DNA of 64,000 nt, from positions 1 through 64,000 of IMG/VR virus record IMGVR_UViG_3300019458_000006; one strand, given 5' to 3'. Positions 26,124 through 35,964 of the stretch are shown here, one piece after another; position 1 is the stretch's first letter; the number at the start of each line of letters is the position of its first letter. A model generated the notes under the pieces. That model saw only the letters and a list, made by a program, of their open reading frames with translations. It did not search any database and was not told the origin of the DNA. The stretch comes from a virus. A program made the translations under genes and the position numbers.

Positions 26124-26725
26124 CAGAGCCTCCCGCGTTCAAGGCCCTCCAACAGCCCATCCAGCTGCTGGCTGTGGTCGATGAGGAAGTCGTTTTGGGC
26201 CCGCGCCAGGGAGAAGCTGGAGTCGAGGTGCTGTTTCAGCGGGTCGATAGGGCCATCCTGGCTGGCCCTCGGCATTCCTGGCAGGGAGCCGGTTCTTCCG
26301 TCCGTCTCGCCACCCTGCTCTAGAAACTTGCCGAAGGATTCCGGAGGGAAGCCGATCTCGTCATCGGGCTCGTCCATCAGATTGGCATCGGGAGCCGAGA
26401 CATTCGGCGCTTCCGGTGCTTCTGCGGAGGCTTGCTGAAAGTCGAACGGCTCCGTTCCTTCCAGGGTTTGGAGCTGCTCATCAAGGGCCCCTCCCTCCGG
26501 GATGGCGGGCGCGTTGTCGGAAAACATCTCGGCCGTGGGTGGAATACCTGGATCTGCCACCTCCGGCTCACCGGCAAACTCGAAGTCCTGCTCAGCGTCA
26601 AACTTCTCCAGTTGAGCTTGAAGCTCCTCGCCGACATCCTCCGGGTCGACAGGAGCGGTCTCCTCCCTGGCCTCGTCCTCCAGAGGGCCGTCTTCCCATT
26701 CGTCGTCTTCGTAGGTGCCAGCCAT
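26123..26725 (-). CDS. highly acidic protein (assembly chaperone/scaffold-like)
   Basis: I prefer the start MAGTYEDDEWEDGPLEDE at 26725, just downstream of the HNH stop at 26739. The protein is Asp/Glu-rich throughout. Confidence 0.5.
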   Translation of the reverse strand: MAGTYEDDEWEDGPLEDEAREETAPVDPEDVGEELQAQLEKFDAEQDFEFAGEPEVADPGIPPTAEMFSDNAPAIPEGGALDEQLQTLEGTEPFDFQQASAEAPEAPNVSAPDANLMDEPDDEIGFPPESFGKFLEQGGETDGRTGSLPGMPRASQDGPIDPLKQHLDSSFSLARAQNDFLIDHSQQLDGLLEGLERGRL

Positions 26726-26738
26726 GGCAAGCTCTTTT

Positions 26739-27410
26739 TTACTGCTTTCGGCGGCGGCGAGTCCAGCGAGTCTGCTTAGGAAGCGACAGGGCTTGCTCAA
26801 CGGTCCAGCCGAGCCTCATAATTCTGTTACGCAAGGCGCGGGGATGTATGCCTGTCTCATCCGCCCAATCAGCCAAGCACTGCGTCTTCCCATTGTAGGT
26901 CAGGTAGTGATTATCGCGACAATTTCTTGTCTGCCTCTTGGGGGTCGTCCACAGGCAATTATCGTGGCAGTAATCGCCATTTACATTCTTGCGGTCGATG
27001 CTTGCGCGAGGGAACGGTTTCGGCCCCATGTCGGCTAGGAAGTTACTGAAAGACAATCGCCATCTAGGGCATACCGAAATGCCGCGACCGCCGTAATGCT
27101 TGTAGTCTGGGCGATTCGGCTTCTCGCACCTCGCGATCATATTGCACCAAGTGTTGTACTCTGGCGAACGCGACATGCCATGGGTGAGGCTTCTTTTTCT
27201 GGTGGATTCAAGCTTTAGGCATCCGCATGATTTGGTGTTCCCACAAACCACCCTGTTCCCTGGAGCCTCAAGTTTATTTCCGCACGAGCATAACCACAGC
27301 CAAATCACATTGTCGCCAGGCCTCCTGGCTACCGAAACGGCCGTAAGTCTATGAAATGTTTGGCCAGTTAGGTCCCTGAATGCCACTGCCAGCACCTCCG
27401 TAAAGGGCAC
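26739..27410 (-). CDS. free-standing HNH homing-endonuclease-like protein (paralog of 24501..25412)
   Basis: YGGRGISVCPRWRLSFSNFLADMGP and SIDRKNVNGDYCHDNCLWTTPKRQTRN. CSCG and SCGC Zn modules. Confidence 0.75.
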   Translation of the reverse strand: MPFTEVLAVAFRDLTGQTFHRLTAVSVARRPGDNVIWLWLCSCGNKLEAPGNRVVCGNTKSCGCLKLESTRKRSLTHGMSRSPEYNTWCNMIARCEKPNRPDYKHYGGRGISVCPRWRLSFSNFLADMGPKPFPRASIDRKNVNGDYCHDNCLWTTPKRQTRNCRDNHYLTYNGKTQCLADWADETGIHPRALRNRIMRLGWTVEQALSLPKQTRWTRRRRKQ

Positions 27411-27425
27411 TGTAACATATGATAC

Positions 27426-28364
27426 CTAAACTACTTCGTCAACCGTTACCACCAAGCTCCCGATACTGCTCAGCCGTCTAGCGCTCATCTTTAGCTCCAG
27501 GTCGATCTCACGCTTGCCACTGACGACTGGTGTCAGGATATCGGCCTGAAGCGTGGCAAACGTGAACAGGATGCTGGTGCTGCTGTTGGAGAATGTCAGG
27601 GTGCCGGCCGCTCCCGCTACCGCGGCGTTGTAGAGGGCGCTAGTGCCGGAGTCGTAGGGATGTGTGGTAGTCAGGTTGATCGTCCGCCTGGTAGGGCAGA
27701 GGGCTGTCGGCTCGAGGGCGTTTACATACCGCGGCTCGATGTGGTTGTTGATGTCCAGCACGAAGGACTTGTACTCACGAGCCGCTCCGCCCAGGACTAA
27801 TTGGGACGTTCCGCCACTGTCACTGTCCTCAAACACTAGCGGGGCCAAGTCACCCGTCACGCCCAAAGTGACAGACGGATAAGCCTCTGAAGATCCGGGG
27901 GCTAGGTAGCTGCGAAAGATGCACTGGACGGCGCAAGTTAGCCAATTTGGAGAACCTTCTGGACCGTTCTGCCGGCCAGTGATAATCGCCCGGTTGACGT
28001 GTCCGTTGTAGAACTCATGAACGCCTGTAACTTTATCGACCAGCATCCCAAAGGTTTGCAGGGTCTCTGCCAGGGCGAATGTGTTGGTGCTCTCGTCGGA
28101 GCCGAGGATCCAGGGAAAGAAGAAGTCCGCGAATCCAGCAGATAAGGGGAACACTACCCAGCCGCCGTAGAAGATTGGGCCAAACCGGGCCCGCTCCGAG
28201 ATCTCTTCGCGAGAACCGATGATAAGATCAGGGTGGCCGATCCTCTGGCGCTTCTGGAGCGACTCACGAAAGAATGGAAATCCGGTCGCCCCCGACGAGA
28301 AATCGATGGCTCCACTGCCTTCCTTCATACATAGTTGGGCCATTGACCCCTGCGAGCAAGGCAT
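27426..28364 (-). CDS. hypothetical structural protein, flanked by HNH genes
   Basis: 312-aa ORF. Confidence 0.55.
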   Translation of the reverse strand: MPCSQGSMAQLCMKEGSGAIDFSSGATGFPFFRESLQKRQRIGHPDLIIGSREEISERARFGPIFYGGWVVFPLSAGFADFFFPWILGSDESTNTFALAETLQTFGMLVDKVTGVHEFYNGHVNRAIITGRQNGPEGSPNWLTCAVQCIFRSYLAPGSSEAYPSVTLGVTGDLAPLVFEDSDSGGTSQLVLGGAAREYKSFVLDINNHIEPRYVNALEPTALCPTRRTINLTTTHPYDSGTSALYNAAVAGAAGTLTFSNSSTSILFTFATLQADILTPVVSGKREIDLELKMSARRLSSIGSLVVTVDEVV

Positions 28365-28948
28365 TATGCACCCCCAATTTCATTGGCCGAATAGCGGTTC
28401 TTTGACAGATTCTCGTGGGCCCACAAAGGCTGCATGTTGCTGTAGTGGCAAGCCTTTAGAATCTGCTCCCTGACGGTCAGATCGAAATCGCACAGAGGCC
28501 TAATGTGATCGAGATGCCATCTACCCCAGTTATCCCAAGACATCCCATCCCTGAATCTGGCAGCGATATACTCCATGAAGAATTGAATACTGCACCCCAG
28601 GTCCCGCACGGCTGAGGCAGTTTTGCCTCGCCGTCGTCCCTGGGCGACGTAAATGGCCTCGCGCAGCCTGCACCGTAGGTTGTGCTTGAGCCTGGCAATC
28701 GGGTCGCTCTTGACGCGAGCTTGGCTGGATGCGATGAGCCTCTCCCTGTTCGCTGCGTAGTAGTTTCGCTGTCTGAGCTTTATGTGTGCCTTGACCTCTG
28801 GCCGGTCCCTGTGCCCTGCGAGCCACTCAGACGCCTCGCGATCAACATTTGGCGGATAGCGCCCAGGCGGCCAGCGATCACGCTGGTCGTAGTACCATTG
28901 TCGAGCCTGTGCTCGCCGTCGCTCTAGAGCAGCTCCCTCGCAGGGCAT
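28364..28948 (-). CDS. HNH endonuclease
   Basis: RWHLDHIRPLCDF...HYSNMQPLWAHENLSKN is a classic H-N-H signature. Confidence 0.7.
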   Translation of the reverse strand: MPCEGAALERRRAQARQWYYDQRDRWPPGRYPPNVDREASEWLAGHRDRPEVKAHIKLRQRNYYAANRERLIASSQARVKSDPIARLKHNLRCRLREAIYVAQGRRRGKTASAVRDLGCSIQFFMEYIAARFRDGMSWDNWGRWHLDHIRPLCDFDLTVREQILKACHYSNMQPLWAHENLSKNRYSANEIGGA

Positions 28949-28969
28949 TGGTCGGGACTCCGTTCCCGT

Positions 28970-29446
28970 TTAAGGAATGGCTGGATTGACTTCCCTGAGC
29001 CATACCGACACCACCACCCGGCTGATCGCCCAGTTGGGGTATTTCTTGGGGTTCGTGAGGCCCTCGCCGGAGCGGCTCACGATCATTACGTGTTCAGCCG
29101 GGTCGGTGGCCCCAGGGATTGTAACATTCAGCCGCTGGTCCGTGCAGCGACGCCGGACCAGCTCCCGCCAGGCAATCAGTTGATCGCTGTCGAGGGTGGC
29201 GTCCATGTCGTCCTTTTGGGCGAATACGATCCCGCAGCGGTAACCGATGTCCTGAGTGCCAATAGTGCCTTCGTGGTATTGCTCGCCCAGGTCGTAGATC
29301 GAAATGCCCCGCATCGGCTCGCCATTGAACAGCCAGCTGGGGCGGATTGCGACCTCGGTGTCGTGACAATCAGCGGGTTGGAGGCTCAGCACCAGCTCCT
29401 GGAGAGCCACCATAATGTGCCCGTGATTACTGGAATAGTCAGGCAT
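28970..29446 (-). CDS. hypothetical structural protein
   Basis: 158-aa ORF. Confidence 0.55.
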   Translation of the reverse strand: MPDYSSNHGHIMVALQELVLSLQPADCHDTEVAIRPSWLFNGEPMRGISIYDLGEQYHEGTIGTQDIGYRCGIVFAQKDDMDATLDSDQLIAWRELVRRRCTDQRLNVTIPGATDPAEHVMIVSRSGEGLTNPKKYPNWAISRVVVSVWLREVNPAIP

Positions 29447-29449
29447 CTA

Positions 29450-30643
29450 TTACGGCTGCACTCCGCCGGTGGTCAGGTTGATGTTTCCAGCCACCTCGGC
29501 CAGGCTGGTTGGGGCCCAGCCAGAAGGCGTGCTGTCCACGACCCGCTGATCGGCGTGCAGGGCCAGAATCAGGGCCTTCTCGTAACGAGCCTCCCGCTCC
29601 TCAGACCGCTGCCGGTCCTGGGTGGCGAAGCGGGCCTCGCAGCACCGCAGGAAGGCGTTTCGCATGGCCCCGGCTTCGATATCGATGCGGGAGCTGATGC
29701 GGTATCCGGAACCGGTCAGAGTCTGGTCCGCAGCCTGCTCTAGGGTCAAGGTGGCAGCCGCATCACGGGTCTTAATGACCCGCTGCATGGCGTAGGGCTC
29801 GAGCCGGTTTTTATCGATCTCGCCCTGGAGGTCGGTGGGGATCTTTGTGACCCCAGTGGGGCTGAAGCGAATCACCGCCCCGTTCATGTCGCTCGTGAAG
29901 GCAGTGCTCGTCCCCGTCACCTGGTCGCTATCGGCCGTGGTGGCCACTGACCCTAATTGGTAATCCAGGATCTTCAGCTCCAAAGGGTCGAACAGACCCA
30001 GCCCCTGATAGATCAGGGCCGAGTTGGGAGAGGGGGCGAAATGCACCGCTAGGGCCCCGGAAAACCTCTCCGACCGGTAGACGCTGTAGCACAACGGCTG
30101 GCCAGCCCCTCGCTGGACGCGCTGCCGCCAGATAATGTCACCTGGGTCTACACGCGATACAAGCCTCCCCGGAGCCTGCGCGTCATACAGCTCCAGTAGT
30201 GCCCGGCAGTTGTCCGGAAGCTCGTACGTGTCTCTGGCGAGCGTATACGAGGTTCCAGCGGCAATGTCGGCAACCGGGGCGTCCTTCTCGTCCAAAACCA
30301 AAACCGTGCTGGAGCTGCGGGTGGCCACACTGTACCGCTTGCCATCGATATACAGGGCATATTTCGTGGCCTCCGTCGGCCAGGTCCCGGCGGCCAGGGT
30401 GACCGAGCGGCTGGACGCCGTATAGGTGATTGTGCTGGAGGTCTGGCTGGCCACTGTCTGGATCGTCAGCGGGCGATAGAAGTACCGCCATTTTCGCCGG
30501 TCGGCGATTTCGTTGTAGGCCTCCTGGACGGCCCGCACGGCCTGTCGCCGATTGCGGGGCGATCCATCGCCGCCGACTACCTGATCCAATACATGATCGC
30601 AGGCGTCATGAAACGTCAGGTGACGGTACGTGGTGATGGCCAT
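29450..30643 (-). CDS. hypothetical structural protein (head-tail joining region by position)
   Basis: 397-aa ORF. Confidence 0.5.
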   Translation of the reverse strand: MAITTYRHLTFHDACDHVLDQVVGGDGSPRNRRQAVRAVQEAYNEIADRRKWRYFYRPLTIQTVASQTSSTITYTASSRSVTLAAGTWPTEATKYALYIDGKRYSVATRSSSTVLVLDEKDAPVADIAAGTSYTLARDTYELPDNCRALLELYDAQAPGRLVSRVDPGDIIWRQRVQRGAGQPLCYSVYRSERFSGALAVHFAPSPNSALIYQGLGLFDPLELKILDYQLGSVATTADSDQVTGTSTAFTSDMNGAVIRFSPTGVTKIPTDLQGEIDKNRLEPYAMQRVIKTRDAAATLTLEQAADQTLTGSGYRISSRIDIEAGAMRNAFLRCCEARFATQDRQRSEEREARYEKALILALHADQRVVDSTPSGWAPTSLAEVAGNINLTTGGVQP

Positions 30644-31358
30644 CCTGGGCTCCCCGGAGAGCGTCTTCCAAACGCAGGGCTACGAGCGGATCCGCCCGAT
30701 ACACCTTGGGCCCCACATGCCCCAGCTGAATCGTGAGATCCAAGTGAATATCATACCCCAACTCCAGCAAGTCGGCGAAGAAGGCCATGTCTTCGTGGCG
30801 AATATCGGGATGCTCGCGACCCCGGTCCACGGTATCCAGGCGAAACACGTCCCGAATCCTGCGTTGCTCGACCGGGTCGAACACAAATGGCTTGGCGGCT
30901 GAGATCCTTTCGGCCACTTCCCTGGTGATGACGGTAAAGCCTAGCCCCGCCCCCTCCACCTTAATCAGGCCGTGCGGGTTGATCTCGAAATGCTCCAGGT
31001 TCTGGCGGCGAATAACAATCGTCTGCTCATCTGTCTTTTGGGGGTAGGTGGCGCAGACCACTGGGTACTGGGTGTTCAGGGCCAGCAGCCTTAGAAATTG
31101 CTCCGGCTCCCATTGAATGTCTGAGTCGATCCAGAAGAGATGCCGGGCCTTCCCTTGCAGGAAGGTGTCGAGGACCTTCGTGCGGGCCCAGGTTACTACC
31201 GAGGAGCCGGCGATGCAGGCCACCCCGACGGCAATCCCCCGCTCCGTGCAGTACTTGACCGTCTTGGCGAGGGAGAGGCTGGTCTGCCACGGAATCAGCG
31301 GTCCCGTGGGTAGGCCAATGTCTACGCTCAGTTCGGCTGGATCGACCGAGAGGGTCAT
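30606..31358 (-). CDS. GT-A-fold glycosyltransferase
   Basis: I prefer the start MTLSVDP at 31358. Motifs: LFWIDSDIQWEP (DxD) and HEDMAFFADLLELGYDIHLD..GHVG. Confidence 0.6.
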   Translation of the reverse strand: MTLSVDPAELSVDIGLPTGPLIPWQTSLSLAKTVKYCTERGIAVGVACIAGSSVVTWARTKVLDTFLQGKARHLFWIDSDIQWEPEQFLRLLALNTQYPVVCATYPQKTDEQTIVIRRQNLEHFEINPHGLIKVEGAGLGFTVITREVAERISAAKPFVFDPVEQRRIRDVFRLDTVDRGREHPDIRHEDMAFFADLLELGYDIHLDLTIQLGHVGPKVYRADPLVALRLEDALRGAQDGHHHVPSPDVS

Positions 31359-31374
31359 GCCGTCCAGTGTCTCA

Positions 31375-31926
31375 TTAGGCGAAACCACTCGCCAGGGTCC
31401 CCGACCCAGTGAAGCTGATGTCAACCAGCCAGGCGTCGGTGGCGATATCAATGGCTTCCAAGCGATCCCCACCATCCCCGCCCGTGGTGGTGATGTTGAA
31501 CGTGTACTTGATATCCGCCGCAGTGGGATAGAACAAGTCGCTCGCCCCCGCCGTCAGGTGATGACCGACCGCCTTCCCGTACAGGATGTCTCCGGCCAGG
31601 GCCGTGATCGTCAGCGACAGCGTCTGGACGCCGTTGTTGTACACGGAGTACCGGTTGCCGGTTCCAGTAGCTGCCGGCAGGGTGATCGTCAGGCCTGCCG
31701 AGGTGATGATCGGAACCAGAACGATCCGCTCAGCGTGGAGCGTCTCGGTGAGGGCCAAGGCTGTAGCCGAGGCAGCAACATTCACAATGCGGGCACTGGC
31801 GTCGGCGACGCGGCCGATTTCAGCACCCGTGGCGTTGCTGCTCAGGGCGGTGATGAGCTCCGTGGCAGCCCCTGCGCTGCCGAGCCCGGCCCGCAGACGG
31901 TTTGTGAGATTCCGTGAGAACGACAT
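31375..31926 (-). CDS. hypothetical structural protein
   Basis: 183 aa, Ala/Thr/Gly-rich beta-type sequence. Confidence 0.5.
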   Translation of the reverse strand: MSFSRNLTNRLRAGLGSAGAATELITALSSNATGAEIGRVADASARIVNVAASATALALTETLHAERIVLVPIITSAGLTITLPAATGTGNRYSVYNNGVQTLSLTITALAGDILYGKAVGHHLTAGASDLFYPTAADIKYTFNITTTGGDGGDRLEAIDIATDAWLVDISFTGSGTLASGFA

Positions 31927-31977
31927 AGGAGCGAATCCTTTCGACTATGTCCTAAGCATCCCGGAGGTCGGGAGAGG

Positions 31978-32664
31978 CTAAGAACGTGAGGGGCCAAACT
32001 TTTCGAGCACTTTCTCCCGCATTTCCTGGCGGTGAAGCTTCTTCAGGCTGGGGTCTAATCTTACCAAATCGCTGGTTTTCTGGCGAATCACCTTCTCGCT
32101 GAGAGGGCAGTTCTCATTAGCCAGCAGATCCGCGTCCGGCTCCCGATGTTTGACATTCACCGCCCCTGTGGCGGCCCAGCCGCGAGTTTCGCAGAGCTTC
32201 TTGATATAGCTCCTGGCCCCGCCGAACGGGACCACGGCCTCCGGGTCACCGACGAACCGAGCCAGCTCCGGCATATATTCATCGCCGGCCTTGATATTAA
32301 ATCCGTTCTCTGCCAGCTTCTTCTTGACATTAGCCGCGTAGTCGGCCGTGTACAGCTCGTGCCAGGGCTTCCGGCCGCCCCAGAACGTGTCGGTGGTCTG
32401 GATGCCGGGAAAGGCGTTGAGGGCCAGCATGGAGGCCCACTTGTCGCCGGCCTCTCGCTTGTCCTCCCGCCGGACACGCAGGTAGACGGCCCCCCTGGTC
32501 ACGGACCCGCCGCCTTCGTTGACGAACTCCATGCAGCGGGCCAGGACTTCCGGGCAGATGTCAGAAAATTCCGACATCATCTCCTCTGGTAGTGGAGGCA
32601 GAGCGACCAGGTCTGAGTATTTGCGCCAGTCCTCGTTATCGCGAAAAAATGCCTCTAGATTCAT
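31978..32664 (-). CDS. hypothetical protein
   Basis: 228-aa ORF. Confidence 0.55.
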   Translation of the reverse strand: MNLEAFFRDNEDWRKYSDLVALPPLPEEMMSEFSDICPEVLARCMEFVNEGGGSVTRGAVYLRVRREDKREAGDKWASMLALNAFPGIQTTDTFWGGRKPWHELYTADYAANVKKKLAENGFNIKAGDEYMPELARFVGDPEAVVPFGGARSYIKKLCETRGWAATGAVNVKHREPDADLLANENCPLSEKVIRQKTSDLVRLDPSLKKLHRQEMREKVLEKFGPSRS

Positions 32665-32667
32665 TTA

Positions 32668-32991
32668 CTAATCCAGGTCCAGATTGCGGAGTATGTCACT
32701 CACCTTGGTGGTGATGTTAGAAGCCAGGGTGGTGGCTGCATTGATCTGGCCCGCCAGCTCGCATCGCGTTGCCGCTTCGCGGCATGAGCCTGGCTCTTCC
32801 GGCACTGGAACCGGCCTGTCAGTGATGACCATGGCCAGCCCTAATCTCAGCCTGCCGGTAACGTCATCAAGAGCCTGAAGCTGGACGTAGAGGTCGCGGA
32901 TCTCCGCCGCAACGGTCGCTGGGAGGACCTCATGCGCACCAACCTGGACTCGGTCGGGGGCCATCTGGCTGTGTAATCCGTAGCTGTTCAT
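32668..32991 (-). CDS. hypothetical protein
   Basis: 107-aa ORF, adjacent to the portal gene. Confidence 0.5.
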   Translation of the reverse strand: MNSYGLHSQMAPDRVQVGAHEVLPATVAAEIRDLYVQLQALDDVTGRLRLGLAMVITDRPVPVPEEPGSCREAATRCELAGQINAATTLASNITTKVSDILRNLDLD

Positions 32992-35417
32992 TACTTACTC
33001 CCTGAAGAGTTGGGCTTGGCCGCTGCCAGCGACTTCGTGGCAGCGACTTTCGCCTGAGATTGATCTTTCGTGGCCTGCACCTGGGCGATGTTGGATTGTT
33101 TCCGCTGCTGGAGCTTCTGCTGGCCTTGTTTAAGCTGGAGGTTGCCTTGCTGTTTCTGCTGAGTGATCTGCTGGCGGCCCTGCTCGATCTGCTGGGCCCC
33201 CAGCGCCTCCTTAACGGCTAGATCGGTCTGGCTGCTCTCCCGCTGGAACTGCATCTCCTGAGCGTGTTCGGTGGCCTTTATCTGCATTTCCATCTGCTTC
33301 TCTTGCAGCTTCATCTGAAGCTCAGCCATCTTGGCTTGCAGCTCGGCCTTCAGCTTCTCAATCTCCATCGCCACGCGGGCCTCTTCAGCCTTCTGCTCTA
33401 GCCGGATCTCTTGCTGCTTAAACTGGGCTTCCATCTGGATCTCGGTCAGGGGGTTAGCCTGGGCTTCGCCCTGAAGCTTCAGGGCTTCCGCCTGGGTCTT
33501 CTGGACCTCGGCCTGTTTCAGCTGCTGATCGAGCTGGGCATTGGGGTCATTGGGATCCTTCTCCGGGATCGCCAGAGCCCCTAGGTCCATATCGTGCAGC
33601 TCGCCCCAAATCTGCATCGTGCCGTTCACGGGCGTGTAGTTGCCGGATAGCTCGCCGTAGGCTTGCAAGAGCGGCAGGTAGCGACCCATCACCTCCTGGA
33701 GGTTGGCGATATCACGCTCCTTGTTGGGCCGCCGCATCGAGGAGGCCGCCACCTCGTAGCTCATTTGCCGGACTACCGTCTCTTGATCGGCGTTCTCGAT
33801 GTACTGCTGCCAGAGGCCGGCACCTACTGGCCCTAGAAGCTGTTCGACATCCCGGCCCTTCACGAACATCCAGGACAGCATCGCCTCGACGCCAGCCACC
33901 CGACTTTGCCAGGCCACGACCTTTTTTTGCATGTATTCGGGGCGGGCACTCACAGCGGACTTGCGGGCCTCTGTCGTTGAGGCGGTGCGATCCTGGGTTC
34001 CATCTTCGTTCTGACCATAGACGAACGGGGTCATGCCCATTCGTTTGTCGAAGGCGTTGCTGAGCAGCTCCAGAACGGCCCAAGCATCCCGATTGACCTC
34101 CTTCTGCTCAATCAGCTGGAGAACCTTCTTCACGTCCTCGGCTCCCGGCGGGAGTGGGAAGACACTACAGTCATCTCCATCGTCCAGCACCTTCTTCATG
34201 TCGTCGTGGTATTGCCCCAGGACGGCCCACATCTGGCGGCTGGCGTGCCAGGTGCGGTTCACGAGCCAGGAGACAATGCAGTTGATGGCCTTCAGCTCTC
34301 CGAGTGCCGGGGATAACGGGGGTACGCCGTACGGACTTTCGGGATCCTCCCAGAAGATGAGCCGCTCCACGGGCCAGCGGTCATCCGCCCAGAGCGGGAC
34401 GGGCCACTCGAAGTGCAGTCGGATCTCCTCATCGGTGGCCCCCCGCCGAATCTTGTCGGCCGGGCAGTTGAGCGGATACGGACAATCCGGACAAACAGCC
34501 AGGTACGCATAGTCCCCGACAACCTCCTCCAAGTGATTCTTCAGTAAGCTCGTCATCCCGGTCAGGCGGGCCCCCACGCCCATCTTCGACCAGACCTCGT
34601 ACCACACCACCAGATCGTTCGTCTTACCGCTCGCCCGTTCCGCGGCGAACCCGTCTTTCGTATTGGCCTCGGCGTGGTGCCAGCCTGACTCTAGCGTGGC
34701 CTTCCCTTTCAGGGAGCCGGCGGGGAGCCGGAACTTCTTCTCGACCTGCCAATGGGGCTGAATGTGCCTCAGGGCGATCCACTTACATTCCTGGGAGGTC
34801 TTAAAGTCCGGATCGAAGACCAAGTCCTCTGGGGCTTTATGGAAGCAGCCCGTGAGCATCTTGTCGGACCCTGGCATGGAATAAGGGGCGGGCCAGAGGT
34901 GCCCAGAACCCTTCAGGAGAGCATCCAAGAGGGCCATCTCGCTGTGCCACTCCAGGCCCCCCCCCGGCATCTCCCTGGGCGTGTAGTTCAGCCAGCCCTG
35001 CATCAGGTGGGCCGTGAGCCGATCGACCGTGCTCTTCTGCTGGATCTGCTGAGCCAATGCCTGCCTGACATTCGGATGGGAGATTAGATCGGGAGGCAGT
35101 TCAAGGCTGTCTTTCGGAGAGACCGTGCGATGGGGGACGTCCCACATCAGGTTAGGGAGGTAGATAGCCGTAAACTCAAAGGCCTTATTGATGTTCACTC
35201 GGAATCGCGGCGACTTCACCCCCCGCCAGAACTTCTTGGCGTACATGGGGTCCCACATGGCCGCCGCCGACTTGTTGTAGAACATCTGGCATTCGCTGCC
35301 GACGTCCAGCCACCGCTTCCTGCCTGGCGATGTCAGCGCAGCCTCGATCTTGGAGAGCCAGCCGGCGATCAACGGACGCAGGAATTCGTAATTCCTTAAA
35401 TCATCGAGGTCGAGCAT
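32991..35417 (-). CDS. portal protein with Gln/Lys-rich coiled-coil C-terminal extension
   Basis: 808 aa, one small gene downstream of the large terminase. The call rests on size and position. The C-terminus is a long EQK-rich helix. Confidence 0.55.
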   Translation of the reverse strand: MLDLDDLRNYEFLRPLIAGWLSKIEAALTSPGRKRWLDVGSECQMFYNKSAAAMWDPMYAKKFWRGVKSPRFRVNINKAFEFTAIYLPNLMWDVPHRTVSPKDSLELPPDLISHPNVRQALAQQIQQKSTVDRLTAHLMQGWLNYTPREMPGGGLEWHSEMALLDALLKGSGHLWPAPYSMPGSDKMLTGCFHKAPEDLVFDPDFKTSQECKWIALRHIQPHWQVEKKFRLPAGSLKGKATLESGWHHAEANTKDGFAAERASGKTNDLVVWYEVWSKMGVGARLTGMTSLLKNHLEEVVGDYAYLAVCPDCPYPLNCPADKIRRGATDEEIRLHFEWPVPLWADDRWPVERLIFWEDPESPYGVPPLSPALGELKAINCIVSWLVNRTWHASRQMWAVLGQYHDDMKKVLDDGDDCSVFPLPPGAEDVKKVLQLIEQKEVNRDAWAVLELLSNAFDKRMGMTPFVYGQNEDGTQDRTASTTEARKSAVSARPEYMQKKVVAWQSRVAGVEAMLSWMFVKGRDVEQLLGPVGAGLWQQYIENADQETVVRQMSYEVAASSMRRPNKERDIANLQEVMGRYLPLLQAYGELSGNYTPVNGTMQIWGELHDMDLGALAIPEKDPNDPNAQLDQQLKQAEVQKTQAEALKLQGEAQANPLTEIQMEAQFKQQEIRLEQKAEEARVAMEIEKLKAELQAKMAELQMKLQEKQMEMQIKATEHAQEMQFQRESSQTDLAVKEALGAQQIEQGRQQITQQKQQGNLQLKQGQQKLQQRKQSNIAQVQATKDQSQAKVAATKSLAAAKPNSSGSK

Positions 35418-35432
35418 CCTTGCTCACTTTCA

Positions 35433-35942
35433 TTACATCCGCTCAGTGGGGGCAGGCAGCGGTTCTGGCGAGAGCACTTTCTTCTTTTTAGCGACGGTGG
35501 CCGTGGCTCGGCTGGCGGCTGCCTCGGCCATCAACTCTTCTCGTTCCAGTAATTTTTCGGCGAACCTCGCGGAAGCCTTCCTGGCTTCTTCCTCAGCTCG
35601 AAGTAGGTTCTCCTCCCGCCTGGCTACCTCGGCCTCAAACAGCTTGTAATGGTTGTCCTCCGGGTAGTAATCCCAGGAGCCGCAGCGCCCGGTGGTGGGG
35701 TTGCCTTTTTGGTCGTGGACCTTGGCTGATACATGGTACACCCCCGACTTGTGCTGCATAAAGGTGTTGATGGGGAATGCCACCAATTTAAGGCGGCCGG
35801 GCCCTTCGATGCCAGACACCAGGGCCGGCACTGGATCGGAGGTGTTGCCGCTGCGATACCACTGCACGGCATATCCGACCGGGGGGGTCGGTTGGGGCCG
35901 CTTCTTGTCGGCCTCCAGATCATTCCAAGCTTTTTCGTTCAT
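35433..35942 (-). CDS. hypothetical protein
   Basis: 169-aa ORF between the terminase and portal genes. Confidence 0.55.
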   Translation of the reverse strand: MNEKAWNDLEADKKRPQPTPPVGYAVQWYRSGNTSDPVPALVSGIEGPGRLKLVAFPINTFMQHKSGVYHVSAKVHDQKGNPTTGRCGSWDYYPEDNHYKLFEAEVARREENLLRAEEEARKASARFAEKLLEREELMAEAAASRATATVAKKKKVLSPEPLPAPTERM

Positions 35943-35964
35943 CGAAATCCTTTCCTGGGGTGCG

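Noticed and set aside
31117-31917. 266-aa plus-strand ORF.
   Set aside because: Antisense to the glycosyltransferase and the 183-aa structural gene. Arg/Gly-rich artefactual composition.
34959-34966. Homopolymer runs inside coding regions (C8 in the portal gene; G runs at 35881 and 40114) as possible programmed slippage sites.
   Set aside because: The reading frames are intact across them and they encode Gly/Pro runs. There is no alternative-frame ORF to support a recoding event. I noted them only as potential sequencing-error hot spots.
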